Of a DNA stretch of 64,000 nt, positions 18,775-31,035 are shown piece by piece. The position numbers were made by a program, and so were the translations under genes. The stretch is from an uncultured Gemmatimonadaceae bacterium. GTDB taxonomy: Bacteria; Gemmatimonadota; Gemmatimonadetes; Gemmatimonadales; Gemmatimonadaceae. The stretch spans positions 59,954 through 123,953 of the forward strand of contig CAVVTZ010000002.1 of the NCBI GenBank assembly GCA_963751275.1, given 5' to 3'. The notes beneath the pieces are model-generated. The model saw nothing but the letters and a program-made list of their open reading frames with translations, searched no databases and had not been told where the DNA came from. Positions within the stretch are counted from its first letter, which is position 1. Every line of letters begins with the position of its first letter.

Positions 18775-19278
18775 GTGACGTTCCCGATCAAACCGATCTC
18801 CAAGAGCGGCATCGCCGCGGCGCTGATGAAGGCCGAGCGCTACCGGCTGATCAACGACCCGAGTGCGGCGGAGAGCATCTGCCTGGACGTGCTCGCCGTG
18901 GAGCCGGAGAACCAGCAGGCGCTGATCGACATGATCCTGTCGATCACGGACCAGTTCAGCCATTCGCCGGCCGTCGAGTACGGCCGCGCGATCGAGCATC
19001 TGCCCCGCCTGAAGGACGACTACAAGCGCGCGTACTACGAAGGGATCATCTGCGAGCGCCGGGCGCGCGCGCACCTCGCGCTCGGCGCGCCGGGCGCGGC
19101 CGAGATGGCGTACGATTGGATACGCCGCGCGATGGCGCACTACGAGCGCGCGGAGTCGCTCGCGCCGCGCGGGAACGACGAGGCGATCCTGCGCTGGAAT
19201 ACGTGCGTGCGGATCCTGGAGCGCGACAAGCATCTGCACCCGGGCATCGAGCAGGAGTACGAGCCGAGCTTCGAGTAG
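18775..19278 (+). CDS. Conserved hypothetical TPR-like protein, in the sdh operon
   Basis: GGAGG RBS; KAERYRLIN.P..AESICLDVL; AILRWNTC. Confidence 0.75.
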   Translation: MTFPIKPISKSGIAAALMKAERYRLINDPSAAESICLDVLAVEPENQQALIDMILSITDQFSHSPAVEYGRAIEHLPRLKDDYKRAYYEGIICERRARAHLALGAPGAAEMAYDWIRRAMAHYERAESLAPRGNDEAILRWNTCVRILERDKHLHPGIEQEYEPSFE

Positions 19279-19283
19279 CCGCG

Positions 19284-20304
19284 CTATGGCGCGTGGGCGC
19301 AGCGCCCCGAGCCGGCGAGCTGGATGCTGGTGCCGCTGAATCCGAGCCCCACGTGCAAGCGCACGAGCGTCACCGATGACGCCGGTTGCGGCTGCACGTT
19401 CGATCCGACGATCGTGCCGAGCCGGGTCTGGTCGCTGTCCGGCATGCCGGTCGCGCCCACGGCCACCTTCATGGGCTGACCCGCGGAATCGAAGGTCACC
19501 GTGACGTCGGCGCCGCCGCGCGCCAGCGGCGGCGTGAGCCCGTTGATCAGCATGACCGTGAGTGACGTGTCGATGTAGTCGCTCACGACTCCGCGCGGCG
19601 CGGGCGTGGTGTCCCGGCACGGCTCGGCGAGCGCGGCGCCTCCCGCCCCGCTGGCGCCCGCATCGAGTCCGGCGAAGTGCGCGGTCCAGAAGACCTGCCG
19701 CAGCGACATCAGATCCGACTTGTAGCTGCTGTTGATGAAGATGTAGGCGCTGGGAAGATCGCCGAGCGCGGCCCACCTGATCACGGCGATATAGTGCCGG
19801 CCAGCCTCGCTGCCGTTCGTCATCGCGGCGGCATGCTTCTCCCAGGCCCACGTGGTGATCTCCGCCGGCCGGCCCGCGATGACGGTCGTGCATGAAGACT
19901 CCATTGTATGGTCATAGGAGGCCCCACCCGTCGACATGCCGCCGCCCAGCGATTGGATTCCCCCGTTGGCGCCACTCGCCTCCGCCGATGCTGTAGTAGA
20001 ACGTCTGCGGCACCTGCACCCCGGCGTCGCCGATCATCAGCCCGATCACCCGGTTGCCCGCGCGGTACGCCGAGGAGCGGCCGCCGGATGAACCCGAGAA
20101 CTTGTACGCGGTGGGTACCTTGAGACTCAGCGCCTGAAGCATGGCGGGCGCCCACTTCGCCGTATCGTCGTGGGGCGTCGTGCACATGTTGTCGCCGGTC
20201 ACGGCCGCCGGCGCGCGCCGGGCATTGGCGCCACCGAGAGCGCCGGCGAGTGCCAGTAGGGATAGCGGCATGACGACCACGGCACGCATGACGGGACCTG
20301 CCAA
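19284..20304 (-). CDS. Hypothetical secreted protein, probably one gene with a frameshift at ~19,930
   Basis: Two overlapping minus-strand ORFs (19912-20304 with signal peptide; 19284-19937). Confidence 0.5.
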
Positions 20305-20409
20305 CAGTGAGGGTCGGCGTCCAACATACCAGCCGATCGCCGTTCGCGCAGCATTGCTCCATTGCGCGACGAAGCCTCAGAGCGCGGCCGAGCGACGTCG
20401 CCGGGGCGA

Positions 20410-20638
20410 ACTGCAACTGCTTTCACGCGGATGACGCGGATTACGCGGATGACGCGGATAGCTCCGTGGATCGGATGGCTCGTCGGCGGGAGATCGAGAA
20501 CTCTTTCTTGTTGGTAACGGCAGGAACAAGAACGTGATTCGTACAACCGGAGCTGCTCCGCCTCATGGAGCGATCCGCGCGTTCCGCGGCATCCGCGGCA
20601 TCCGCGGCATCCGCGTCATCCGCGTGAAAGCAGTTGTC
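20410..20638. repeat. Inverted-repeat element with 9-bp-period arms (ACGCGGATG)n and CAACTGC ends
   Basis: caactgctttcacgcggatgacgcggat... mirrored by ...atccgcgtcatccgcgtgaaagcagttg. Confidence 0.85.
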
Positions 20639-20738
20639 TCTCTCGGCCGCACATCCCCGCGCCCGACCGCGCTCTGGCGCGGATTCCAGGCGGCCGGTAG
20701 AATCGCGAAGCATCCGGACCCCTCGATCGGGAGGCTTC

Positions 20739-21314
20739 ATGCGCCGTGCCCTGCTCGCCCCCGCGATCCTCCTCGCCGCGCTCGGCGCGTGCGTCACCGC
20801 ATCCGTGGAATCGCGGCCGCTCACGCCCGACGAACTGTATTCACCGGGCAAGGCGCAGACGCTGGAGGGCGTGATCTTCTATCAGCCGCGGCCGTATCTG
20901 CTCACGTACGTGTTCACGCAATTCGATCCGGCCGCCTCGAAGAACCCGGCGGACAAGAACGCGCCGGCGACGGACAGCTGCTGGCGCACCATCCAGCATA
21001 CGGAGCTGCTGATCCTCCCGGATTTCGCGCATCCGCGCATCATGACGCCGGTGCGATACGGGATCGGGACGGCGAAGCTGTCGGTGTCGATGTCCAACGG
21101 GCTGGTCACGGCGGTGAATTCGGACGCGTCGTCGACGCTGGCCGACGCGCTCAAGGCGGTGACCGGCGGCGCGGCGGATATCGCGGGCGCCATCAAGGCG
21201 GTCGCGCCGCCGCCTCCCAATGCCCGGAGGTGCAACGCAGGCGCCGCGCTCTCAATGATCGAGCCGATCGACTGGTCGAAATTGCCGATCAGGTTCGGGA
21301 AGGATACCGTCTAA
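20739..21314 (+). CDS. Hypothetical lipoprotein
   Basis: GGAGG RBS; MRRALLAPAILLAALGAC lipobox. Confidence 0.7.
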   Translation: MRRALLAPAILLAALGACVTASVESRPLTPDELYSPGKAQTLEGVIFYQPRPYLLTYVFTQFDPAASKNPADKNAPATDSCWRTIQHTELLILPDFAHPRIMTPVRYGIGTAKLSVSMSNGLVTAVNSDASSTLADALKAVTGGAADIAGAIKAVAPPPPNARRCNAGAALSMIEPIDWSKLPIRFGKDTV

Positions 21315-21320
21315 CGACGA

Positions 21321-21484
21321 ACCCCTGACTCCGTTCTCGGTCCCCGAACTCCGCCATTGGCAATTGAGGTGTAGTCGCGGCTCGGGCGGTTCTGGATAAG
21401 GGCGATCCCAAGGACGCCGTAGCCGTTACTACACCTCAATTGCCAATGGCGGAGTTCGGGGGACCAAGTACGGAGTTCGGGGTG
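21321..21484. repeat. Large palindromic REP/MITE-like element, family P, copy 1
   Basis: ccccgaactccgccattggcaattgaggtgtagt / actacacctcaattgccaatggcggagttcgggg. Confidence 0.9.
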
Positions 21485-21496
21485 CTAAACTCGCTG

Positions 21497-23618
21497 CTAT
21501 CGGTGAGCGGACCCGATCTTCTTCTCGAGGTACGCCGCCGTCGCTGAGTCTGCCGTCATCCAGTTCTTGTACAGCAGGAACCCGTGGATCTCATCCGGGA
21601 ACACGATGAGCTCGTATTCCACCCCCGCCGCATCCAGCCGCCGCGCCAGATCCACGGTCTGCGCGAAATGCACGTTGCCGTCGGCGTCGCCCTGGATGAG
21701 TAGCACCGGGCTCTTCCAGCCCGCGATCGAACTCACCGGCGAAGAACCCCACGCCACCACCTTGGCGCTGTCCACGTCGCCGCGCTCGTAGCGCCAGCCG
21801 GGCGGCGCGTACGCGTCCCGAATGTCGCTCACCCAATCGTGCACGCCGTGCATGTCCACGCCGGCGGCGAACACGTTCGAATTCCGCGCGAGCGCCATCG
21901 CCGGTGAGGATAGCCGCCGTACGACCCGCCCCAGATCCCCACGCGCTTCGGATCCACGTTCGGCAGCGATGCGGCGAACTTGCCGGCCGCGAGCACATCC
22001 TGATACTCCGCGGCGCCCGCCGGCCCCGCGTGCGGCGGATGATGGAAATCGTGTCCGTACCCGACGCCCAGCCGGTAATTCACCGTCACCACCACGAAGC
22101 CTCGGCTCGCGAGATACTGATTCACCGCGTAGCTGTTCGCGTAGTAGTCCATGTAATGCCAGCCGAGCATCATTTGGCGCGGCGGGCCGCCATGCACGAA
22201 CACCACGGCGGGCCGCTTGCCCGTGAACGCCGGATTCTCGAAGAGCTGTCCATGGATGAGCGTGCCATCGGCCGCCTTCCACGACACCGGCTTGGGTTCG
22301 ACGAAACTCGCACCTGGCCAGTCGGCGGGAATGCGGTCGGCGCCAAGGAGCCGCGCGCCCTGCGCGGAGCCGAACGTGTAGACCGCCGGCACCGGCGGAC
22401 GCCGCACCTCCGAGCTGATGAACGCCACCGCACTCATGTCGCCGGTGATCACCGGCGTCCACTGGATCCCCGCGCCCATGGTGAGCGCGGTGAGCTCCGT
22501 GCGATCCACCGCGAGGCGGAAGAGATGACGGCGCGCGTCGTCGCCGGCGTGGCCGCCGGTGTTCGCGCTGTACACGATGAACTTGTGATCGCTCGACACG
22601 GACACGTGCTCCACCATGAAATTTCCGGCGGTGAGCAGCGTCGGCGCGGCGCCGCCCGCGGCCGGCACGGTGTAGAGATGCGGCCAATTGTCGAGGTCGG
22701 CGAGGAAGATGAGCACATCGCCCGCGCCCCACGCGAGGTTCGCGTTGCCCGCCGTCTCGGGGAAGGATCCATGCAGCGTCTTGGGACTCTGCCACGCGAG
22801 ATGATCGGCGCCGCTCGCGACATCCACCACGCGGATCGCCCACGGATCCGGCTGCTGCTTCAGGAACGAGCGTGGCGGGCCTCCCTGCCCCGGCATGCGC
22901 ACGTAGGCGATGCGCTTCCCGTCGGGCGACCAGCGCGGATTGAAATCGTACGACGCCGCCGGCGCGAGGAATCGGATCGGCGTAGAGTCGTTCGTGAAGA
23001 GTCCGATGAAACTGTGATCCCCGCGGTCGGATGCGAACGCGAGCTGCGAGCCGTCGGGCGACCAGACCAGCTCGCCATTGGTGCCGCGCACGTAGAACAG
23101 TTGCGCGGCGGGCTTCCCGCTCGTGAGCGACACCGCGTACACCTGCCCGCCGCGAATGAACGCGACGCGGTCGCCCTTGGGCGAGACCGCCGGCGCATCG
23201 CCTTCCGCGAGCATCCGCGGCGCCGAGTCCGCCGAGACGTTCACCGCCCAGATCTCGACGCTCGGCTTCTTCGGATCGAGCGTGGGATCCGGCGGATCGT
23301 TCGGGCCAGTTCGAATCGTGGTCCCCGCCGCGCACGTAGACGACGGACTTGCCGTCCGGCGTGAAGGCGAGTTGGCCGAGCTCCTGGCCGTCCTCGCCGT
23401 GAAACGCGTGAGCTTTCGAGCGGTCCAATCGGGCGCCTGGGCTTCGTAGATGTTCCGGACGCCCTGCTCGTTGAAGACCCACGCGACGGCCGCGCCACTC
23501 GGCGCGGCGGTGAGTTCAAGGGGTAGGGATAGCTCAGCGCCTGCTTGAGCGTGAAAGTCGGAGCCTGAGCGGCCAGCGCCGACGCGGTGCAGAGAGCGAA
23601 CGTCAGGATCTTCTTCAT
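21497..23618 (-). CDS. S9 family peptidase (beta-propeller plus alpha/beta hydrolase); several frameshifts
   Basis: Signal peptide, WSPDG repeats, VHGGP, GIWGGSYGG, QGDADGNV, DEIHGF across three frames. Confidence 0.88.
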
Positions 23619-23670
23619 GGGAGCCTCGAATGGAGTCGGCCAGAATATGCGGCACGAACGGCGATCTTGG

Positions 23671-23835
23671 CACCCCGAACCCCGTACTTGGTCCCCCGAA
23701 CTCCGCCATTGGCCATTGGCGCGTGGTCACGGCTCGGGCGGTTCTGGATAAGGGCACTGCCAAGGACGCTCCAGCCGTGACCACACGCCAATGCTACATG
23801 CGGAGTTCGGGGGACCAAGGACGGAGTTCGGGGTT
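23671..23835. repeat. Family P palindrome, copy 2
   Basis: Same arms and central gttctggataagggc..ccaaggac as copy 1. Confidence 0.9.
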
Positions 23836-23847
23836 CCAGTTCCGCCT

Positions 23848-24756
23848 TCAAGCTTTCACGAACTCTCTCCCTTCGTGCCCAAAGCTGAAGCAGGCCGGAT
23901 GCAGGATCTCCGCGAGGATCTCCGCCGACTCGACGATCCTCGGTCCACTTCGGTTGAAGTACGCATTCCCATCGGCGAGGTAAACGCGGCCACTCCTCAC
24001 GGCGGGCAGATCCTGCCAACCGTCGATCGTCGTGAGCACCGGATACTCCGCCCGTGTCCGTTCGAGATCGAACCCGCACGGCGTCACCACGATCACTTCG
24101 GGCGCCGCCGCCGCCAGCGCGGCCGGCTCGCACACCGGACTGTGCCGCCCCGGTACGCCGAGCAGCGGCACGCCGCCCGCGACCTCCACGAGCTCCGGCA
24201 TCCAATTACCGCCGGTAAAGATCGGCGCGATCCATTCGATCACCGCCACGCGCGGATGCGGCAACGTGCGCGTCGTCGCGGCGATCGCGTCCATTCGCCG
24301 GCGCAGCGACGCGATCAGCTCCTCGCCGCGCTGCAGGATGCCGAGCGCCGCCGCGACCTTCGCGATGTCACTCCAGATGTCGCCCAGCGTGTACGGCGAC
24401 AGATCCACGATCGGCGTGTCGTGTCCGAGCCATGCGCCGCAGGTGGCCGCGAGGTCGCCCGGACTGACGGCGCAAACCTCGCACTGGGTTTGGGTGACTA
24501 ATACGTCAGGCGCCAGCGCGCGCAGCTTCTCAGAATCCACGCGGTACACCGACAGTCCCTCCTGCAGCACCGCTTGAACCTGCTGATGGATCTCGTAGCT
24601 CGTGCCGTCGAACGGGTACTTGGGCGACGTGACTTGCGGGAGCGCTTTCACGCCCGCGGGGTAGTCACACTCGTGCGACCGGCCGACCAACCAACTCTGT
24701 TGGCCGAGGGCGCAGATGATCTCGGTTCCGCTCGCGAGCAAGGATACGATCTTCAT
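23848..24756 (-). CDS. Cobalamin/Fe-siderophore-type binding protein (BtuF-like)
   Basis: MKIVSLLASGTEIICALG...GRSHECDYP, TQTQCEVCAV, PCGFDL, YFNRSGPR. Confidence 0.88.
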   Translation of the reverse strand: MKIVSLLASGTEIICALGQQSWLVGRSHECDYPAGVKALPQVTSPKYPFDGTSYEIHQQVQAVLQEGLSVYRVDSEKLRALAPDVLVTQTQCEVCAVSPGDLAATCGAWLGHDTPIVDLSPYTLGDIWSDIAKVAAALGILQRGEELIASLRRRMDAIAATTRTLPHPRVAVIEWIAPIFTGGNWMPELVEVAGGVPLLGVPGRHSPVCEPAALAAAAPEVIVVTPCGFDLERTRAEYPVLTTIDGWQDLPAVRSGRVYLADGNAYFNRSGPRIVESAEILAEILHPACFSFGHEGREFVKA

Positions 24757-24816
24757 GTGCGAAAGCTATTACTTCGGCCATCGAATAGGCGATACTTGAA
24801 TGGGCCGCCGTGCCGA

Positions 24817-24899
24817 TCATGTCCATCATGTCCATCCTGTCAAAGTAGTTGCTGGTAGGACGGAAACACTTTGGACATGATGGACATGATGGACATGAT
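24817..24899. repeat. Inverted repeat with 9-bp-period arms (GACATGATG)n
   Basis: atcatgtccatcatgtcca ... tggacatgatggacatgat. Confidence 0.85.
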
Positions 24900-24925
24900 C
24901 GTACGAGTTCAGAACCGCCACCACG

Positions 24926-25942
24926 GTGTCATCTGTGATCAGCATCCGACAGCTTTCCCTCCTCGCGCTGCTGGCGTGCGCGCCGGCGCTCCGCGCGCAG
25001 GACGTGCCATCCGTCCCGGACATCGACCGCGTGCGCATCGCGGAGGCGTTCCGGCTCGCGGACGCCGTGCAGGACAAGATCTGGCCCGGGTGGAGCAGCG
25101 CGCCCTTCGCGGTGCTGCTCGTGACACCGAAGTACGAATACCTCATGCGGCACCCGAATCCGAGCAGCGACTTCACGCTTATCGGCTACGACAGCGTGCT
25201 CAAGGAGAAGGTGTGGTACCGCGAACGGCAGTACGCCGTCAGCTTCCTCGCGACCTTCCCGGCCGTGAACGGACTGCCGACGGTCGTCATTGGCGAAGCG
25301 GAGTACACCACGTCGAAGACGAGCACGCCGTGGGTCGTGACGCTGCTCCACGAACACTTCCATCAGCTCCAATATTCGCGCCCGGGCTACTACGACGGCG
25401 TGACCGCGCTCGGGCTCGACCATGGCGACAAATCGGGAATGTGGATGCTGGATTTCCCGTTCCCCTATGCGGACTCCGCGGTACAGGCGAAGTTCGCCGC
25501 CGCCGCGCGCGCACTCGGCGCGGCCGTGCAGGAACGCGGGCGCCCCGGATTCGCCGAGGCGGTGGCGGCGTTCGAGCGCGACGACAAGGCGCTCCTGGAA
25601 AAAGCAGGCCCCGAACCCGCGAAGTACCTCGCGTTCGAGTTGTGGCAGGAGGGGATCGCGCGGTATACGGAGTACCGTATCGCCGCGGCGGCGGCGAACG
25701 GCTACGAGCCGGGTGCGGAGTTCAAGGCGCTCAAGGATTACACGCCGTACTCCGCGACGGCGGCGAAGATCCTGAGCGCGATCGAGACCGAGCTCGCGAA
25801 CGAGAAGCTCGGCGATGATAGGCGGACGGTGGTGTACAACTTCGGCGCCGCAATGGGACTGGCGCTGGACGGGTGGGCACCCGGATGGCAGGCGAAGTAC
25901 TTCGCGGAGCCGTTCGCGCTGGAGCCGTACTTCAGGCGCTGA
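24926..25942 (+). CDS. Hypothetical secreted protein with HExxH motif (possible metallopeptidase)
   Basis: Signal peptide; LLHEHFHQ and downstream QEGIARY. Confidence 0.7.
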   Translation: MSSVISIRQLSLLALLACAPALRAQDVPSVPDIDRVRIAEAFRLADAVQDKIWPGWSSAPFAVLLVTPKYEYLMRHPNPSSDFTLIGYDSVLKEKVWYRERQYAVSFLATFPAVNGLPTVVIGEAEYTTSKTSTPWVVTLLHEHFHQLQYSRPGYYDGVTALGLDHGDKSGMWMLDFPFPYADSAVQAKFAAAARALGAAVQERGRPGFAEAVAAFERDDKALLEKAGPEPAKYLAFELWQEGIARYTEYRIAAAAANGYEPGAEFKALKDYTPYSATAAKILSAIETELANEKLGDDRRTVVYNFGAAMGLALDGWAPGWQAKYFAEPFALEPYFRR

Positions 25943-25956
25943 GAGCGGGAGTAGCG

Positions 25957-26073
25957 ACCCGAACTCCGTTATTCGTCACCCGAACTCCGTCAGTTGAACT
26001 TGAGTCGTGCGTGGATACAGCGCACGACTCGTTACTCACGGCGTTCGGGGCACCAATGACGGAGTTCGGAGTG
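25957..26073. repeat. Family P palindrome, copy 3 (divergent, short)
   Basis: cccgaactccgt...acggagttcgg arms. Confidence 0.75.
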
Positions 26074-26085
26074 CTACTCTCGCTC

Positions 26086-27731
26086 TCAACCCTTCATTGC
26101 CATGGCCGCCGCACGTCCCGCAGTGCGACCCGAGAAAAGGCAGCCGCCCAGGAATGTCCCCTCCAGCGCGCGATAGCCGTGCATCCCGCCGCCGCCGAAC
26201 CCCGCCGCCTCACCCACGGCGTATAGCCCAGGAAACGGTTGGCCATCCGCCCGTAGCACGCGCGCGGACAGATCCGTCTCGAGTCCGCCGAGCGTCTTGC
26301 GTGTGAGAATATTGAGCCGCACCGCGATCAGCGGGCCGGCACTTGGATCGAGCAGGCGGTGGGGCTTCGCGACGCGGATCGATCCGGTCGCCGATGTACT
26401 TCCGCGCACGCAGGATCTCGGCGGCCTGCGGGTCCTTCTGCTCGTCGCGCGCGCGCACCTCGCGCTCCACCTGCGCGAGATCGAGCAGCGGTCGCTCCGT
26501 GATCGCGTTCATCCCTGCGACCAGTTCCGGCAGCGTGCGCCGCACGACGAAGTCGGCGCCGCGCTGCTTGAACGCTTCCACCGGCGGCGGCGCGCCGCCG
26601 AGCAGGCGGCTCCGGATGAGCCCGATCACGCTCTTGTTCGTGACATCGGGATTCTGCTCGGATCCGCTCAGCGCGAATTCCTTCTCGATGATCTTCTGCG
26701 TGAGCACGAACCACGTGTAGTGGTAACCCGTGGTCATGATGTGCGCGAGCGTGCCGAGCGTGTCGAAGCCGGGGAAGATCGGCGCGGGCAAGCGGCGGCC
26801 GCGCGCATCCAACCAGAGCGACGACGGCCCGGGCAGGATCCTGATCCCGTGATCGGTCCAGATCGGCGCCCAGTTCTGCAGCCCTTCTGTGTAATGCCAC
26901 ATGCGATCGCCGTTCACGACGCGCGCGCCCGCGCGCTCGGAGATCGCGAGCATCCGCCCGTCCACGTGATCGGGCACGCCGCACACCATGCGCTTGGGCG
27001 CCGCGCCGAGCCGCGCCGGCCAATTCTTGCGCACCAGTTCGAGATTCGCGCCGATCCCGCCCGACGCGACGATCACCGCCTGCGCGGCAAAATCGAACAC
27101 GCCAACCGCCACACGCGAACTCTTTTGTCCGCGCGCCACCGCGCTCGGCTCCAGCACGTCGCCGCTGGCGCCGGTCACGGCACCGTTGGTGACGATGAGC
27201 TCGTTCACGCGATGGCGGAACTTGAGTGTGATCAGCCCCTTCGCTTCCGCCGCGCGCACGCGCCGCACGAACGGCGCGAGCACGCCGGGCCCCGTGCCCC
27301 ACGTGGAGATGGAACCGTGGCACCGAGTTCCCCACGCTGCTCCCCGGCACGCCGCCGCGCTCCGCCCATCCCACCACCGGGAAGAAGTGGATCCCCTGCG
27401 CGTGCACCCACGACCGTTTCTCGCCCGCCGCGAAATCGACGTACGCCTCCGCCCACTTGCGCGGCCACGCATCCTCGGCGCGATCGAAACCGGCGGTGTT
27501 CATCCAGTCTTGCATTGCGAGCTGGCGCGAATCCTTGATGCCCAGGCGGCGCTGCTCGGGGGAATCCACGAGAAAGAGTCCGCCAAGGGACCAGAAGGCC
27601 TGGCCGCCGAGGGATTGTTCGGGCTCCTGCTCCACGATGATCACGCGGCGGCCGGCATCGGCGAGCTCAGCCGCCGCGACGAGGCCGGCCAGGCCAGCAC
27701 CAACAATGAGGACGTCAGCATCGGCGGGCAT
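26086..27731 (-). CDS. FAD-binding dehydrogenase (COG3573/KsdD-like); frameshifts at ~26,380 and ~27,305
   Basis: GAGLAGL, LGGQAFWSLGGLF, TWGTGPG, RKTLGGL, LEGTFLGGC. Confidence 0.88.
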
Positions 27732-27775
27732 GGTCCACTTACCATACACGGGCACTGCCGAAGACGGCAGTGGAA

Positions 27776-27932
27776 ACCCGGACTCCGTACTTGGTCCCCC
27801 GAACGCCGCGTTTGGGGTTGGCGTGTGGTCAAGGCTCAGGCGTCCTTGGCCGCGACCAAGAACGCACGAGCCGTTGCCACACCTCAAACGCCAATGGCGG
27901 CGTTCGGGGGACCAGGAACGGCGTTCGGGGTG
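27776..27932. repeat. Family P palindrome, copy 4
   Basis: ctccgtacttggtcccccgaac ... gttcgggggacc. Confidence 0.88.
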
Positions 27933-27951
27933 CCACGATCGCCGTTCGCAG

Positions 27952-30658
27952 TTACTCCGCCCTCAACGCCTCCGTGGGCTCAATACGCGCTGCGCGGCGT
28001 GCCGGCACCCAACTCGCCGCGAGCACCGCCCCCACGAGCACAAGAATGATCCCCGCGTACGTCACGGGGTCGCTCGTGCCCACATCGTAGAGCAGCGAGC
28101 CGAGCACGCGCGTGGAGATCAGCGCCCCCGCGAGCCCGATCGCGGCGCCCGCCGCCGCGACGCCCACGCCCTGCCGCACGATGAGCCGCACCACATCCTC
28201 GCGTTTGGCGCCGAGCGCGATGCGCACGCCGATCTCGCGCGTGCGCTGGCTCACGGCGAATGAGATCACCCCGTACGTGCCCATCGTCGCGAGCGCGAGC
28301 GCCATCGCCGCGAAGAGCGCGAGGAGGAACGCGCGGAATCGCATCGCCGCGGTCGCATCGGCCACGCGCGACGCCATGGTGCGCACGTCGTACAGCGGCG
28401 CGTCCGGATTGAGCTGGTGCGTCACCTGCCGCGCCGCGCCGGCGAGCGCCAGCGGGTCGCCGGTGGTGCGCACGTACACCATCATGCGCCCGCGCATGGA
28501 CTGGTAGTACGAGAGATACACATCGGGCACGGGCAGCGAGTCGGGCGTGACGTACCGCACGTCGCCCACGACGCCCACCACATGCGCCGTGTCCTTCCAG
28601 AATCCGCCCTGCCCCACGCTGACCGGCTTTCCGAGCGGATCCTCTCCCGGCCACAGCTTACGGGCCGCGGTCTCGCTGACGAGCACCACCTTCGGTGCAC
28701 CGGCGCGGTCCTGGTCGGTGAACAGGCGCCCCCGTACGAGCGGCACGTGCAGCGCGGCGTTCCACTGCGGCGTGATCCAGTGGACGCCCACGAGCGGCTC
28801 GGTGCCGGCCGCCGCCGGCGGCCGGTCGCGCAGCGCCGCGACCGTGATGTTGCAGCCGCCGCCGAGCGGCGGGCAATCGCCGAGGCCCACGGCGGTCACG
28901 CCGGGCAGCGCGGACAAGCGCTGGATCATCGCGTCGTAGAAGTTCGGCAGCGAATCCTTCGTGGCCGACGCGGGCGCGTTGAAGCGCATCGTCAGCACCC
29001 GCGAGGAATCGAAGCCGGCGTTCACGCCGAGCAGCCGCGTCGAGGCTGCGCACCATCAGCCCCGATCCCGCGAGGAGCACGAGCGAGATCGCGATCTCCG
29101 CCACGGCCAGCGCATTGCGGCTGGTCATCCATCGCCGTTCCGCGTGCGGCGCTTCGCCCTTGAGCGCACCGCTGAGCGCGGGGTGTGTGGACTGCAGCGC
29201 CGGGACGAGTCCGAACAGCAGGCCGGTGGCGAGCGCGAGCAGTGCGGCGAACGCGAAGGCCGCGCCATCGAGGCGGATCGTGCTGAAGTTCACCGCGCCG
29301 ATCCCCGACGCTTCGCTGAGCTGCAGCGCGCTGGATGGATCGAGCGCGGCGAGGATGCGCACGCCCCACCAGGCCACCGCGAGGCCGAGCGCGCCGCCGG
29401 CGCACGAGAGCAGCAGGCTTTCGGTGAGCAGCTGGCGCACGAGGCGCGCGCGTCCCGCGCCCACCGCGAGGCGCACCGCGATCTCGCGGCGCCGCCCGCT
29501 CGCGCGGATGAGGAAGAGGTTCGCGACGTTCGCGCACGCCGCGAGCAGCACGAGGCCAACCGCGGCGAGCAGCACGAGCAGCGAGCGGCGCACGAGCGGA
29601 TCCACGCGCGTGCCGTCGAGCTCGCGCGCCACGACGCCCCAATGCTGGTCGGGGATCTCCGGATGCGGATACGCCGCGTCCACGGCCACGGCCGCGCGCT
29701 TCACGTCCTCCTTCGCCTGCGCGACGGAGACGCCCGGCTTCAAGCGCGCGGTGAGATTGAAGCTGTGGCTCCACGGCTGCGTGACGTACTCGGGCGCAAG
29801 CGACATCACGGGGAGCAGGATGTCCGCCTTCCCTGAGAGGCCGCGGAATCCGGGAGGCAGAACGCCCACCATGGTGTACGGTTCGCCGTCGATCACCACG
29901 GTGCGGCCGATCACCGACGGGTCGGCGTTGAACTTCCGCTTCCAGAACGCATCGCCGAGGAGCACGACCTTCGCGGAACCCGGCGTCACGTCCTCGGATG
30001 CCAGGAAGTCGCGGCCGAGCGCGGGCCGAATGCCGAGCACCGTGAGGTAGCGCGCGCCGACGATCTCATCGGAAACGCGCTCCGGCTCATCGCCGGCGGT
30101 GAGCGTCCCCTGCCACTCCATGGAAAGGGCGAGCTCGCTGAACGACGTCTGCGCATTGCGGAAGACCAGGAACTTGGGATTCGACCAGACGAGCGCATCG
30201 TCCCCCGGTTGGCCGTTCCACGGCGGGCGCGAGAGGCTCACCTGCATGAGCCGGTCGGGCTCGCGGAAGGGGAGCGGCCGCAGGAGCATCGCGTTCACCG
30301 CGCTGAAGATCGCGGTGTTGGCGCCGATGCCGATCGCGAGCGTGAGGATCGCGACCGCGGTGAAGCCGGGCGTGCGGCGGAAGGCGCGCAGCGCGAAGCG
30401 CAGGTCCTGCGTGGTCGTGTCGAGCCAGGACAGTCCGGCGGTCATGCGCGCCTCCTCTTTCACGTTGGTGACATTGCCGAAGCGGCGGCGGGCGGCGTGC
30501 ACGGCTTCGTCGGCGCTCACCGCGCCGCGCCCGGCGTGTTCCCGCTGCATCGCCTCGAGCGAGAGATGCAGGCGGATCTCGGCCTCCAATTCGCGCGCGT
30601 GCGCTTCGGGGTCGCGCAGCACGCGCCAGCGGTAGCGGAGCGAATCGAGGAAGGACAT
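27952..30658 (-). CDS. ADOP-type duplicated ABC permease (MacB/FtsX); frameshift at ~29,040
   Basis: ARRRFGN prefix, [41 protein letters not shown]. Confidence 0.9.
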
Positions 30659-30667
30659 GGGGATCGC

Positions 30668-31009
30668 CTAGGCGCGCCGCATCACGCGGCCGATCGCCGC
30701 GAGCACGCGGTCGAAGCTGACGATCTCCTGGCCGAGCTGCCGCCGGCCGGCGGCGGTCATGGTGTAGTAGCGCGCGCGCCGGCCGGTGGGCGACTGCCCC
30801 CATTTGGAGGTGACCCAGCCTTTCTTCTGCAACCGCTCGAGCGCGGGGTAGAGGCTCCCTTGCTCCACCGACAGCACGTCCCGCGAGAGGGCTTCGATCT
30901 GCTGCGCGATCGCGTAGCCGTGCATGGGCTGGACGGTCAAGGTCTTGAGGATCAGCATGTCGAGAGTGCCTTTCAACAGTTCGGATCGCTCGGCGGGCGA
31001 ACGGGCCAT
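30668..31009 (-). CDS. PadR family regulator (acidobacterial type)
   Basis: LLKGTLDMLILK...HGYAI...GSLYPAL...GRRARYY; directly upstream of the ADOP gene. Confidence 0.93.
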   Translation of the reverse strand: MARSPAERSELLKGTLDMLILKTLTVQPMHGYAIAQQIEALSRDVLSVEQGSLYPALERLQKKGWVTSKWGQSPTGRRARYYTMTAAGRRQLGQEIVSFDRVLAAIGRVMRRA

Positions 31010-31035
31010 CGGGGAGCCTCGTATAGGAAGAATAC

